A DNA stretch of 64,000 nt from Squalus acanthias (taxonomy: Eukaryota), in NCBI GenBank assembly GCA_030390025.1, contig JASTWF010000356.1:124001-188000 (forward strand), given 5' to 3'. The position numbers and the translations under genes are program-made. Below are positions 35,355 to 49,189 of the stretch, one piece after another. The notes beneath the pieces are model-generated. The model saw only the letters and a list, made by a program, of their open reading frames with translations, was not told where the DNA came from and did no database searches. Positions within the stretch are counted from its first letter, which is position 1. Each line of letters opens with the position of its first letter.

Positions 35355-36240
35355 GGACTGTCACTGTATAACTACTGAGTGTGGGTCACCAACTGGAGTG
35401 GAACACAAGACCGCAGTGGCCATGTATTACTGGGAGTATCTGTCATTGTAGAACTGTCCTGAGTGTGGGTCACTAACTGGAGAGGAACAACTCACCCCAG
35501 TGGCCATGTATTACTGGGAGTATCTGTCATTGTAGAATTGTTTGAGTGTGGGTCACTAACCGGAGTGGAACACCTGACCACAGTGCTATGTAATACTGGG
35601 AGTATCTGTCACTGTAGAAATGTACTGAGTGTGGTACACTAACTGGAGTGGAACACCTGACCCCAGTGTCCATGTAATACTAGGAGTATATCTCACTGTA
35701 GAACTACTGAGTGTGTGTCACTAACCGGAGTGGAAAACCTAATCCCAGTGGCCATGTATACTGGGAGTGTCTGACATTGTAGAATTGCACTGAGTGTGGG
35801 GCACTAACCGGAGTGGAACACCTGATGCCAGTGGCCATGTATTACTGGTAGTATCTTTCACTGTAGAACTGTACTGATTGTGGGTCACTAACCGGAGTGG
35901 AACACCTGTTCCCAGTGGCCATGTAATACTGGGAGTATCTGTTACTGTAGAACTGTACTGAGTGTGGGTCACTATCCGGAGATGAACACCTGACCCCTGT
36001 GACCATGTATTACTGAGAGTATCTGTCACTGTAGAATTGCACTGAGTGTGGGTCACTAACCGGAGTGGAACTCAAAACCTCAGTGGCCATGCATTACTGG
36101 GAGTATCTGTCACCGTAGAAATGTACTGAGTGTGGGTCACTAACTGGAGTGGTACACCTGAAACCAGTGGCCATTTATTACTGTGCGTATCTGTCACTGT
36201 AGAATTGTACTGAGTGTGGGTCAGTATCCGTAGTGGAACA
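35355..36240. repeat. Intronic tandem repeat, ~84-bp unit (~10 copies)
   Basis: GGAGTGGAAC motif (slightly variant in some units) at 35562, 35645, 35727, 35810, 35894, 35978 and 36062. Confidence 0.9.
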
Positions 36241-36379
36241 AGTCGATTCCTGTTTGAAATTATTGTTTTGGATAACTGATCTCTCCCCTTCATGGAGCTG
36301 CATTCGTGTTTTCCGAATGTAATCAACGGCTAAGGGGAAGATTTTTGCGGTTGGTTGAAGAAGTTTTGTTATAAGCATA

Positions 36380-36873
36380 TGAGGCGCTGCAACGAAGGTT
36401 CACGAGATTGATTCCTGGGATGAGAGGGCTGTCCTATGATGAGAGATTGTGTATAATGGGCCTGTACTCCATGCAGTTTAGAAGAATGAGAGGTGATCTT
36501 TTGAAACATACAAGATTCTGAAGGGGATTGCCACGCTTAGATGCTGAGACGTTGTTTCCCCTGGAAGAGTGTCTCGAAGTAGGGGGAATAGTCTCAGGAT
36601 ACGGGGTAGGCAACTGACATGAGAAGGATATTCTTCTCTCAGAGGGTTGTGAATCTTTGGAATTCTCTGCCCCAGATGCCTGTGAATGATGAGTCTTTGA
36701 GTATATTCAAGACTGAGATAGATGAATTTTTGAACTCTCGGGGAATCAAGTGAAATAGAGATCGGGCAGGAAAGGGCTTTTGAGATCGATGAGCAGCCAT
36801 GATCTAATTGAATGGCGGTGCTGGTTCGAAGGGCCGAATAGCCTACTCCTGCTCCTATTTCTTATGTTCTTAT
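36380..36873 (+). mobile_element. CR1 3' end
   Basis: RFTRLIPG-like coding remnant, CR1 3' UTR, TTCTTATG tail. Confidence 0.85.
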
Positions 36874-38333
36874 GATCATATATGAGGTGAAATGTATTGA
36901 TAATGCTTTGTTTCCTATTGAACTGCACCAACAGAAACAGATGTTAACTAATTGCTGACAGGTAAACAGCAGGACAGCAGTGTTACAGTATTCAAATCCT
37001 CTGTATAATGACTTATTCTTACTCTATTTACAGTTATTATAAACACTTTAATTGTTTTGGTGCTGATTAATCCCCTTCCCCCAACACAGTCCTGAGAATC
37101 TGTTGGTCCTGAGTGCTGAATTTCATTATGTTACCATTACACGGGCTGTAGTTATTGATTATTACACTGCTGTAACTGATTAAGGTTTGATGAATCAGTT
37201 CTTATCTCTGATTCAGAATCTCTACACAGGTAACCTGCAACGATCTCTGACCTTAGCTCAGTGAGGTGAGTCACTTCCAGGAGGGATACGTATAACTGAA
37301 AAACATGCATATCAGGTTTTCATAATGCTGAGATCAGTCCCGACGGCAGAAAATAATAGCATTAATAAATTGATAATAATGTAATATATAGGGCAATGTT
37401 TCAATAAATAAAAAAAATTCAATATCCACAATGATTAAATGAAGTGATAAATGTGATAATTTTTTACTCAAGTTATGGAGAACTCCTTAGAATTTACAGC
37501 ACAAAACAGGCCATTCGGCCCGACTAGGTTATGCCAGTGTTTATGCTCCACAGGAGCCTTCTCCCACCCCTCTTCCTCTCACCCTATCAGCATAACCTTC
37601 TACTGCTTTCTGCCTCGTGTACTTCTCTCTAAATTGGGGGAAGACCGATTTTAATATGATAAGGCAGGATCTGGCTAAAATGGACTGCGATCAGCTATTT
37701 GCAGAAAAATCAACATCAGAGCAATGGGAGTCTTTCAGAAAGGAAATAGAGAGAGTACAATGCCAACATGTTCCCGGGAACCCTGGATGTCAAGGGATAT
37801 AGAAGAATGGGTTAGGAACAAAAGGGAGGCATTTCGCAGATACAAAGGACTAAAAACAGTGGGAGCCCTAGAGGAGTATAGAAAGTGCAGGGGGGTATTT
37901 AAAAAAGAAATTAGGAGAGCGAAGAGGGGGCATGAAAAAACACTGGTGGGCAAAATAAAAGAAAATCCCATGGTGTTTTATGATTAAATTAAGGGCAAGA
38001 GGAGAACCAGGGAAAGAGTAGGGCCCATTAGGGACCAAAGTGGCAATCTGTGTGTAGGGCCGGTGATGTAGGTGAGGTTTTAATTGAATATTTTGCATCT
38101 GTGCTCACTATGGAGAAGGACGATGTAGGCATATAAATCAGGCAGGGGGATTGTGATATACTTGAACAAATTTGTATTGAGAGGGAGGAGGTACTTGCGG
38201 TTTTAGTGCGTTTAGAAGTGGATAATTCCCCAGGCCCTGACGGGATGTCTCCCAGGCTACTGTGTGAGGCAAGGGAGGAGATTACAGGGGCTCTGACACA
38301 AATTTTCAGAACCTCTCTGGCCACAGTGTTGGT

Positions 38334-40041
38334 CATGATGCGGAGATGCCGGTGTTGGACTGGGGTGGACAAAATTGAGAGGTCGCACAACACCAGGTTA
38401 TAGTCCAACAGTTTTATTTGAAATCACAAGCTTTCGGAACTATCGCTCCTTCCTCAGGTGAAGTAAATTGGATACAGAATCGTCAGAGCATATATAGATG
38501 GAAAAAAAAGCATGTGTACTTTACAATTGCAGACCAATAAATTAAATCATCCTGACTATCTGCCGAGGTGTGATAAAGTTAATTAAGTCAGCCAGGAAGG
38601 TACCACATCAAAAGACATAGCAAGATACAACTGAGACAATGAGGTGAAGTCGCAGGGGTTCTAACGTGTCAAAAGCTGCCGTCTGTATGTAAAACGAAAA
38701 GCTTTAAAAAAAAAAATTTACTTTTTTACTGGGAAAATTTTTACTTTTTTACTGGGAATCACATCTGTGAACAAGCTAACGACGACTCGAGTCCGGATCA
38801 CGTCATGTATCGTGACATAAACCCAAGATCCCGATTGAGACCGTCTTCATGAGTGCAGAACTTGGCTATCAGTTTCTGCTCGATGATTTTGCGTTGTCGT
38901 GTGTTTCTAAGGTTGCCTTGGAGAACGCTTACCCGCAGATCCGAGGCTGAATGTCCTTGACTGCTGAAGTGTTCCCCGACTGGGAGGTAACAATCCTGCC
39001 TGGCGATTGTTGCGCGGTGCTCGTTCATACGTTGTCTCAGTGTCTGCATGGTCTCGCCGATGTACCATGCCGCGGTGCATTCTTTCCTGCAACGTATGAG
39101 GTAGACAACGTTGGCCGAGTCACATGAGTATGTACCATGTACCTGGTGGGTAGTGTCCTCACGTGTGATGGTGGTATCTGTGTTGATGATCTGGCATGTC
39201 TGCAAGACATGCCAGATCATCAACACAGATACCACCATCACACGTGAGGACACTACCCACCAGGTACATGGTACATACTCATGTGACTCGGCCAACGTTG
39301 TCTACCTCATACGTTGCAGGAAAGAATGCACCGCGGCATGGTACATCGGCGAGACCATGCAGACACTGAGACAACGTATGAACGAGCACCGCGCAACAAT
39401 CGCCAGGCAGGATTGTTACCTCCCAGTCGGGGAACACTTCAGCAGTCAAGGACATTCAGCCTCGGATCTGCGGGTAAGCGTTCTCCAAGGCAACCTTAGA
39501 AACACACGACAACGCAAAATCATCGAGCAGAAACTGATAGCCAAGTTCTGCACTCATGAAGACGGTCTCAATCGGGATCTTGGGTTTATGTCACGATACA
39601 TGTCGTGATCCGGACTCGAGTCGTCGTTAGCTTGTTCACAGATGTGATTCCCAGTAAAAAAGTAAAAATTTTCCCAGTAAAAAAGTAAATTTTTTTTTTT
39701 AAAGCTTTTCGTTTTACATACAGACGGCAGCTTTTGACACGTTAGAACCCCTGCGACTTCACCTCATTGTCTCAGTTGTATCTTGCTATGTCTTTTGATG
39801 TGGTACCTTCCTGGCTGACTTAATTAACTTTATCACACCTCGGCAGATAGTCAGGATGATTTAATTTATTGGTCTGCAATTGTAAAGTACACATGCTTTT
39901 TTTTCCATCTATATATGCTCTGACGATTCTGTATCCAATTTACTTCACCTGAGGAAGGAGCGATAGTTCCGAAAGCTTGTGATTTCAAATAAAACTGTTG
40001 GACTATAACCTGGTGTTGTGCGACCTCTCAATTTTGTCCAC
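38334..40041. mobile_element. Penelope-like element 3' end (GIY-YIG) as a near-perfect palindrome
   Basis: Arms 38365-39201 and 39205-40041 (837 bp each) around loop GCA; VVYLIRCRKEC...WYIGET..LRQRMNEH; TSD CCACAGTGTTGGT at 38321-38333 and 40038-40050. Confidence 0.95.
39945..39982 (+). ncRNA. Minimal type I hammerhead ribozyme motif (mirror copy at 38424-38461, minus strand)
   Basis: TCAC-CTGAGGA-A-GGAGC-GATA-GTTCC-GAAAGCTT-GTGA: stem I TCAC/GTGA, palindromic stem III AGCT. Confidence 0.75.
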
Positions 40042-40429
40042 AGTGTTGGTGCCAGAGGACTGGAGAACAGCTAACGTAGTACCATTGTTCAAGAATGGTA
40101 GTAGGGATAAACCAGGGAATTACAGGTAGGGAAACTATTGGAAAAAATTCTGAGGGACAGAATAAGTCTCCACTTGGTGAGGCAGGGATTAATCAGGGCT
40201 AGTCAGCATGGCTTTTTCAGGGCGAGATCATGTCTGACCAATTTGATTGAATTTTTCGAGGGGGTGATTAGGTGTGTGGATGAGGGTGGTGCATTTGGTG
40301 TAGTCTACATGGACTTCAGTAAGGCTTTTGAAAAGGTCCCACATGGGAGACTGGTGAAGAAGGTAAGAGCCCATGCGATCCAGGGCGATCCAAAATTGGC
40401 ATTGTGGCAGGAGGCAGAGTGTGAGGGAG

Positions 40430-43400
40430 GATGAGCAACCTGGCAACAGCACCGTGGAACGGGTGGCTATTCAAGAGGGGGGAGTAAATAGAAATGTTGT
40501 ATTGGTAGGGGATAGTATTATTAGGGGGATAGATAGAGTTCTCTGCAGCCGAGAGCGAGAGTCCCGTAGGCTGTGTTGCCTGCCCGGTGCCAGGGTTAAG
40601 GACATCTCCTCTGGGCTGGAAAGAAACTTGCAGTGGGAGGGGGTGGATCCAGTTGTCGTGGTCCATGTTGGTACAAACGACGTAGATACGACAAGGAAGC
40701 CGGTTCTGTTAAAGGAGTATGAGCAGCTAGGGGTCAAATAAAAAAACAGAACCTCAAGGGTAATAATCTCAGGATTATTACCTGAGCCACGAGCGAATTT
40801 GGCTAGGACAAATAAAATTAGAGAGTTAAATGAGTGGCTCAAAGACTGGTGTGGAAAAATGGGTTTTGCTTCCTGGGATACTGGCACCAGTACTGGGGCA
40901 GGATGGAGCTGTTCCGTTGGGACGGGCTTCACTCGGCCAGTGCTGGGACTAGAGTCCTGGCGGATCATATAACTAAGGCTGTAGAGAGGGCTTCAAACTA
41001 ACTAGTGGGGGGGGGAGGTTCCTAGAGAGCAAATAATAAAAATGAAAACAGAGAAGGTAATAGACTTAGGCAGCAGTGGGGAAATTAAAAACCAGAGTGT
41101 GTCAGGAAGGGGCAGAAGGTTTGGAGTAAAAGGTAAAGTAATAAAAAGGGCCAAAGCAGGAACTAAGTGTCACAAAACATATTTGAAAGTTCTCTATCTG
41201 AATGCACGTAACATTCATCATAAATAGACCAGTTAATGGGACAAATAACTACATATGGGAATGATCTTGTGGCCATTACAGAAACATGTCTGCAGGGTGA
41301 CAATACCTGGGAATTAAACATACCAGGTTATTTAACGATCAGGAAGGACAGGCAGGAAGGAAGGGGAGGTGTGGTGGCTATGTTAATAAAGGAAGGAATC
41401 ACTGAATTACAGAGAAACTATATTTGGGTCAAAAGATCAGGATAAGGAATCAGTTTGGGTGGAGATAAGAAATAATAAGGGGAACAAAACACTAGTGGGC
41501 GTATTCTATAGGCCTCCAAACACTTGCAACTCTGTTGGACGGAGTATCAATCAGGAAATAGTTGAGGCTTGTAATAAGGGAAAATCTATAATTATGGGGA
41601 TTTTAACTATCATATTAATTGGACAAATCAAATTGGGCAGGGCTGCCTTGAGGATGAGTTCATTGAATGTATTAGGGATGGGATCCTGAGCAGTATGTAA
41701 CTGAACCGACCAGGGGGCAAGCAACCTTAGATCTGGTCCTGTGTAACGAGACAGGATTAATTAAAAATGTCCTAGTAAAGGATCCCCTTGGAATGAGTAA
41801 CCATAACATGGTTGAATTCCATATTCAATTAGAGGTTGATAAGGTTGGATCTCAAACAAGAGTGCTAAGCTTGAATAAAGGAGACTATGAATTTATGCGA
41901 GCGGAATTAAGTAGAGTGGATTGGGGAAATAGATTAAAGGGTAAGACGAGACATGATCAGTGGTGTACATTTAAGGTGTTATTTTACAACTTCCAAAAAA
42001 TATATATTCCACTGAGAAGAAAAGGGTGTAAAATAAAAGACAGTCATCAGTGGCGAAGTAAAGAAATTATGGATAGTATACGACTAAAACAAGGGCTTTA
42101 AGGTAGCCAAATCTAGTGGGAGGATAGAGGATTGGGAAAACATTAAAAGACAGAAAAAAATAAGAAAAAGATTGATTAAGAAAGGGAAGATAGATTATGA
42201 AAGTAAATTAGCAAAAAATATAAAAACAGATAGTAAGAGTTTTTATAGTTATATAAAAAGAAAAATGGTGGCTAAAGTAAATGTTGGTCCCTCAGAGGAT
42301 GAGACCGGGAAATTAATAGTGGGAAATATGGAGATGGTAAATACACTGAATGAATATTTTGTATCCGTCTTTACAGTAGAGGACACTAAGAACATCCCAA
42401 CACTTGACAAAAAGGGGTCTATGGGGGGGAGGAGCTAAACACGATAAAAATCATTAAGGAAGTGGTACTCGGTAAAATAATGGGACTCAAGGGGATAAAT
42501 CACCTGGCCCTGATGGCTTACATCCTAGGATTTTGAGGGAAGTGGCGGTAGGGATTGTGGATGCATTGGTAATAATTTTCCAAAACACCCTGGATTCAGA
42601 AAAAAGATCCCGGCAGACTGGAAAACTGCTAATGTAACACCCTTATTTAAAAAGGGCAGTAGATAGAAGGCTGCAAACTATAGACCGCTTAACCTAACAT
42701 CTCTGGTAGGTAAAATTTTGGAGTCCATTATTAAGGAGACAGTAACGGGACATTTGGATAATCATAATTTAATAGGACAAAATCAGCAGGGTTTTATAAA
42801 GGGAAAGTCATGTTTGACAAATTTGCTGGAGTTCTTTGAGGAAGTAACAGACAAGGTGGATAAAGGGGAAACAGTGGATATGGTGTATTTAGACTTCCAA
42901 AAGGCATTTCACAAGGTGCCACACAAAAGATTATTGCTTAAGATAAAAAAATCACGGGATTGGGGGTAATATTCTGGCATGGATAGGGGATTGGCTATCT
43001 AACAGAAGGCAGAGAGTTGGAATAATGTATATTAACGATTTGGAGGAGGGGACCGAGTATAACATATCAAAGTTTGCAGATAATACTAAGATGGGAGGGA
43101 AAGTAATGAGTGAGGAGGGCATAAAAAATCTGCAAGGGGACATAGACAGGCGAAGTAAGTGGGCAGAGATTTGGCAGATGGCAAACAATACTGGAAAGTG
43201 TGAGGTTATGAACTTTGGCAGGAAAAATTGTAGAGCAAGTTATTATCTTAATGGCAAGAAATTGGAAAGTACTGAAGTACAAAGGGATCTGGGGGTCCTG
43301 GTGCACGAAACTCCAAATGTTAGTATGCAGATGCAGCAAGTGATTAAGAAGGCCAATGGAATGTTGGCTTCCATTGCTAGGGGGATAGAATATAAAAATA

Positions 43401-44146
43401 GGGAGGTATTGCTTCAGTTGTACAAGTTATTGGTGAGACCGCAACTGGAATACTGCATGCAGTTTTGGTTTCCATACTTAAGGAAAGACATACTTGCTCT
43501 CCAGTCAGTACAAAGAAGGTTCACTCGTTTAATCCCGGGGATGAGGGGATGGACATACGAGGAGTGGTTGGGTAGATTGGGACACTACTCATTGGAGTTT
43601 AGAAGAATGAGAGGCGATCTTATTGAAACATATAAGGTTGTGAACGGGTTGGATCGGGTGGATGCGGGGAGGATGATCCCGATGATGAGTGAAACTTGAA
43701 CTAGGGGGCATTGTCTTAGAATAAGGGACTGCTCTTTCAAAACTGAGATGAGGAGGAACTACTTCACTCAGAGGGTGGTAGGTCCATGAAATATGCTGCC
43801 CCAAAAAGCTGTAGAAGCTACATCATTACATAAATTTAAAACAGAAATAGACAGTTTCCTAGAAGTAAAGGGGAATAAGGGTTACGGGGAGCGGGCAGGA
43901 ATTTGGACATGAGTCTCGGTTCGGATCGGTTATGGCCCTGTGGGTAGCGAAGCGGGCCCAGGGGCCGTGTTGCCTGATCCTGCTCCTATTTCGTGTGTCC
44001 AATTCTGTTAGGTTCAGGAGATGGTTCTGTGATAGTAGATTGGCGGTTAGGATCAGATCAGCCATGATCTTATTGAATGGTGGAGCAGGATCGAGGGGCC
44101 AATTGGCCTACTCCTGCCCCTATTTCTTATGTTCTTATGTTCTTAT
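40430..44146 (+). mobile_element. Near full-length decayed CR1 (ORF1 esterase + ORF2)
   Basis: VVLVGDSIIRGIDR, CCLPGARVKDI, VHVGTND; LYLNARNI, DLVAITET, KFADNTK; (TTCTTATG)n tail. Confidence 0.92.
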
Positions 44147-45904
44147 GAAGGTTGATTTTGTGATTGGAAGCCTGTGACCAGTGGTGTACCGCAGGGATCG
44201 GTGTTGGGTCCTTTGCTGTTTGTAGTGTACATTAATGATTTAGATATGAAAGTAGCAGGTATGCTCAGTAATTTCGCAGATGACACGAAAATTGGTGGAG
44301 TGGTAAATAGCGAGGAGGGAAGCCTCACGCTGCAGGACGATATAGACAAAATGGTTAGATGGGCAGAAAGTGGCAAATGGAATTTAACCCTGAAAAGTGT
44401 GAGGTGATGCGTTTTGGGTGGACAAACAAGGCAAGGGAATACACAATGAATGGTAGGAAGGACAGAGGATCAGAGGGACCTTGGTGTGCATGTACATAGA
44501 TCCCTGAAGGCAGCAGGACAGGTAGATAAGGTGTTTAAAAAGGCATATGGGATGCTGTGTGAGGCAAGGTAGGAGATTGCAGGGGCTCTGACACAAATTT
44601 TCAGAACCTCTCTGGCCACAGGGGTGGTGCCAGAGGATTGGAGAACAGCTAACGTAGTACCATTGTTCAAGAAGTGTATTAGCGGAGGCATAGAATATAA
44701 GAGCAGGGAGGTTATGATGGAGCTGTACAAAACGCCAGTCAGCCACAGCTGGAATACTGTGTGCAGTTCTGGTCGCCACACTATAGGAAGGATATGATTG
44801 CACTGGAGAGTGTGCAGTTGAGATTCACCAGGATGTTACCTGGGCTGGAGCGCTTCAGCTATGAAGAGAGGCTGGACAGGCTGGGGTTGTTTTCGTTAGA
44901 GCGGAGAGGGCTGAGGGGTGATCTGAGTGATGTGTACGTTCTTAATATGGGCATAGATAGGGTAGATAGAAAGGACATGTTCCCCTTAGTAGAGGGTCAA
45001 TAACCAGGGGGCATAGTTTCAAGGTAAGGGGCAGGAGGTTTAGAGGGGATTTGAGGAAAAACTTTTTCACCCAGAGGGTGGTTGGAATCTGGAACTCACT
45101 GCCTGAATGGGTGGTTGAGGCAGGAACCCTCACAACATTCAAGAAGCATTTAGATGAGCACTTGAAACGCCATAGCATACAAGGCTATGGACAATGTGCT
45201 TCTAAAATGGGATTAGAATAAATATGTCTTGATGGCCGGCGCGGACACGATGGGCCGAAGAGCCTCTTTCTCTGCTGTATAACTCTGTGACTCTATGACA
45301 CTATGGCAACAATAGCCAGACAAGATGGCTCCTGAGCTTACAGCTCACGAGGGGGCTCCTTTGCCATTCTTAGCCAGCCGTTGCCATCCTTTGCTCTTTC
45401 TCCCCCAGTCTCCTCTCTTCTGCTGTTTAAGTTCCCCTTGCTCTTAATAGTGGGTGCATTTTAAATGCAAGTTTAAGCTGCAAGTTTAAAGTTACCTGAG
45501 CCCACTGCCTATCCCCCGACCATGCCTGTTCTTTGTTCTCATCTGTGAGCACTGGCTCTTCACTTAATCTTAGCTTCCAATTTCCCAGACCTCTCTTCTA
45601 TCAATACTACGCTTCTCCACTGGAATAGTGATCTAGTGACTAGTGGATCGCGAGTGGAGCTCGGGGCCAGGGATCTTGACAATATCAGTGCTAATTTAAT
45701 CCTGTGAGAGACAACATCACTCATGTCCGAGGCTGAGACCCAAGAGCGAGGACGAGACCATCAGCGAGATCAAGGCCCAGGAGTGGCGCAGCGTGGACAA
45801 GCAGCGGGGTCGGGGCCCAGGGAAGGTGCGGCACGGGCCAACAGCGGGGTCAGAAGGACCACAATGCATCCTACGAAACCCAGGCAGAGAGGACCTGCGG
45901 GAAG

Positions 45905-48900
45905 GAGGGAGGAGGACAGTAGCCTTATGTTTGTGTGTGTGGGCTAGGCCGTTGTAGCAGAGCCTGGTTTTCCAATCGTCTTGGATCCCCTTGCAAATGG
46001 AACAAAACCTTGCTCTGTCAAGCCTGTGTGGTAGCTGGTGTGCAACGGCCACCCCACGTTAAAAGAATTCACGCACAGGCATCTTACACCCTTTAAAATG
46101 AAGTTCGGGACCTGGAACGTCATGATCCTCACGGACAACCCCAACAGTGACAGACTGGAATGCCGTACTGCTATCGTTGCCCGGGAGCTCAGACGTTTCG
46201 ACATTGACATCGCCGCCCTACGCGCGACCCGGCGGGCAGGGGAAGGCCAGCTCAAGAAGGAAGGCGGTGGCTACACCTTCTTCTCGAAAGGCAAACCTGA
46301 AGAAGAACGCCGCCTCCATGGGGTAGGCTTCGCCATAAAAAAATAACTAGTTGGGCATCTCAGAGACTCCCCTTGCGGTATAAAAAGTGCCTCATGACTC
46401 TTCGGTTCAACCTAGCACGTACCCAGTGTGCTACGGTCATCCGTGAGTATGCCCCAACACTGGAAGCCACCGACGAGACCAAAGAGGAATCCTACTCCAG
46501 CCTCGAACAATCCCTGTCCCGAGTCCCAACGGGCGACAAGCTGATCCTCCTTGGCAACTCTAATGTCAGAGTTGGAAAGGACACAGACCTCTGGGGAGGT
46601 GTGATCGGCAGAGAGGTTGCAAGAAAAATTCAACTCCAACGGTACCCTCGGCCAGACGAAATGCTTAGAACATGGCCTTGTCATAAGCAACACCTTGTTC
46701 CGGCAGAGAGACAAGTACAAGGCATCATGGCAGCACCCTCGCACCAAGCACTGGCATCTGCTGGACTACGTCATCGTCTGAGCGTGGGACCGCAAGGACA
46801 TACGCATCACCCGTGCCATGACATGAGCTGACGTCTGCTGGACAGACCACCGCCTAATCCGTTGTGTAATCTCCATCAATGTAGCCCCAAAACAGCGGCG
46901 GCAACAGAAACAATGCCGCAGAAAAAATAACGCTGGAGCACTCAAAGACCCCTCTAAGAAAGCTCTATTCAGCCTGCGCCTCACAACCAAACTGACGACT
47001 TCCAGTGATGCATAGACACAGAGTGTCCACAGCGCCTGCCCTGCACTCAAGGACTCCATAATCAGCATCTGTGAAGAGACGCTCAGTCACTCGACAAGGA
47101 AACACGAAAACTGGTTCGACGAGAACGACCAGGAGATCCAGGAGCTAATAAGCTGCAAGCGCAAGGCATTCCTGAACTGGAAACAGCAACATAACTCGAG
47201 AGGATGAAAGCAGCTCTCCAGACGCCTGAAGGCCTAGGTCCAACAAAAAACTCGCGACCTAAAGAACAGATGGTGGGTGGATAAAACACAGGAGATCCAG
47301 CAGCTAGCCGACAACCACGACGTGCGTGGATTCTTTAGCGCAGTCAAGACCACCTACGACCTAAGCACCCAAGGCCCTACCCCACTGCGGGCCAAGAACA
47401 GAGAGGTACTCCTCAAGGACAGGGAGGCAGTCAGTGCCCGCTGGAAGAAGCACTTCGAAGATCTCCTTAACCGAGAATCTATCTTCGACGTGTGTGTTTT
47501 CAACGCTATCCCGCAGCATGCTACCCGCCACCCCCTCAGCACAACCTCAGCCCGGCAAGAGATTGAAAAGGCCATCCGACAACTGAAGAACAACAAGGCC
47601 TCAGCAGCAGATGTAATCCCAGCCGAGTCGCTAAAGCATGGCGGAGAAGCACGACTGGCGCAAATTCATGAACTCATTCCTCTTATCTGGAAGGAGGAAT
47701 GCATGCCAGGATCTCAGCGACGCCGTAATTGTAACCATCTTCAAGAAAGGTGACAAGACCGATTGCGGTAATTACAGAGGAGTTTTTTTGCTGTCTGCCA
47801 TAGGGAAAGGCATCGCAAGAATCCTCCTCAACCGTCTTCTCCCAGTGGCTGAAGAGCTCCTCCCAGGGTCGCAATGCGGATTCCGTCCACTAAGGGGCAC
47901 AATGGACATGATCTTCACCGCGTGCCAATTAGAAGAGAAATGCAGGGAACAGCGCCAACCGCTGTACATGGCCTTCTTTGATCTCACAAAGGCCTTTGAC
48001 ACTGTCAACTGTGAGGGATTAAGGAGTGTCCTCCTCAAATTCGGCTGCCTCAAAAGTTTGTCACCATCCTCCGCCTGCTTCACGATGACATGAAAGCTGT
48101 GATCCTGACCAATGGTTCCTCCACAGACCCAATTCATGTACGGACCGGGATCAAGCAAGACTGTGTCATCGCACCAACGCTCTTCTCGATCTACTTTGCG
48201 GCAATGCTCCATCTCACCCTCAGTAAGCTCCCCGCTGGAGTGGAGCTAATTTACAGAACAAACGGTAAACTGTTCAACCTCCGTCGCGTACGAGAGCATG
48301 GGCCTTACACTAAACATGCGTAAGACAAAGAAACTCTAACAACCTGCTCCCGCCACACAGTACTGCCCTCGGATTATCAAAATCCATGACAAGGCCTTGA
48401 ACATAGTGGACCACATTCCATACCTCAGGAGCCTACTGTCAACAAGGGCAGACAACGATGACGAAGTCCAACAACGGCTTCAGTGTGCCAGTGCAGCCTT
48501 CGGTCGCCTGAGAAAGAGATTGTTTGAAGTCCAGCACCTCAAACCCGACACCAAGCTCATGGTCAACATGTACAGCAGGCACTTCAAAGCACTGGAGAGG
48601 TGCCACCAACGCTGCCTCCGCAAGATCCTGCAAATCCATTGGCAGGATAGGAGCACCAACGTTAGTGTTCTCGCTCAGGCCAACATCCCCAGCATCGAAG
48701 CTTTAAGCACGTTCGATCAGCTCCGATGGACGGGTCACAACGTCCGCATGCCCGATACGAGACTCCCAAAGCAAGTGCACTACTCGGAGCTCCGGCACGG
48801 CAAGAGAGCCCCAGGTGGGCAGAGGAAACGCTTCAAGGACACCCTCAATGTCTCCTTAAAAAAGTGCCACATCCCCACCGACACCTGGGAATCCCCGGCC

Positions 48901-49178
48901 CAAGACCGCACAAAGTGGGGGAGAAGCATCTGGGAAGGCAACGAATACCTCGAGTCTCTTCGCCGGGAGCAAGCGGAAGCCAAGTGCAAACAGCGGAAGG
49001 AGCGCACGTCAACCCAAGCACCCCACCCACCCGCCCCTTCAAACACCGTCTGCCCCAGTTGTGACAGAGACTGTAGGTCCCGCATTGCACTCATCAGTCA
49101 CCTGAGAACTCATTTTTAAAGTGGTAGCAAGTCATCCTCGGTTCCTAGGGATTGCATAAAAAGAGAAGAAAGAAGAAC
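45905..49178 (+). mobile_element. RTE-clade LINE, near full-length, decayed
   Basis: MKFGTWNV, NYRGVFLLSAIGK, SQCGFRPLRGTMDMIF, FFDLTKAFDTV, QLRWTGHNVRMPDTRLPKQ, CPSCDRDCRSRIALISHLRTH; (AAG)n tail. Confidence 0.92.
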
Positions 49179-49189
49179 ATGACTCTATG

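Larger units (their letters stand above)
37630..45305 (+). mobile_element. Decayed CR1 LINE hosting the Penelope palindrome and a nested CR1
   Basis: Segments 37630-38333, 40042-40430 and 44146-45305 are colinear CR1 ORF2 ([37 protein letters not shown]); (GACTCTAT)n-like tail. Confidence 0.8.

Noticed and set aside
35355..36240. Regularly spaced repeats resembling a CRISPR array (also 5390-6062)
   Set aside because: The whole unit repeats with no unique spacers; vertebrate context, no cas genes
38798..39608. Two near-identical 165-aa ORFs on opposite strands as a gene pair
   Set aside because: A consequence of the palindrome; each is antisense sequence fused to a truncated GIY-YIG domain
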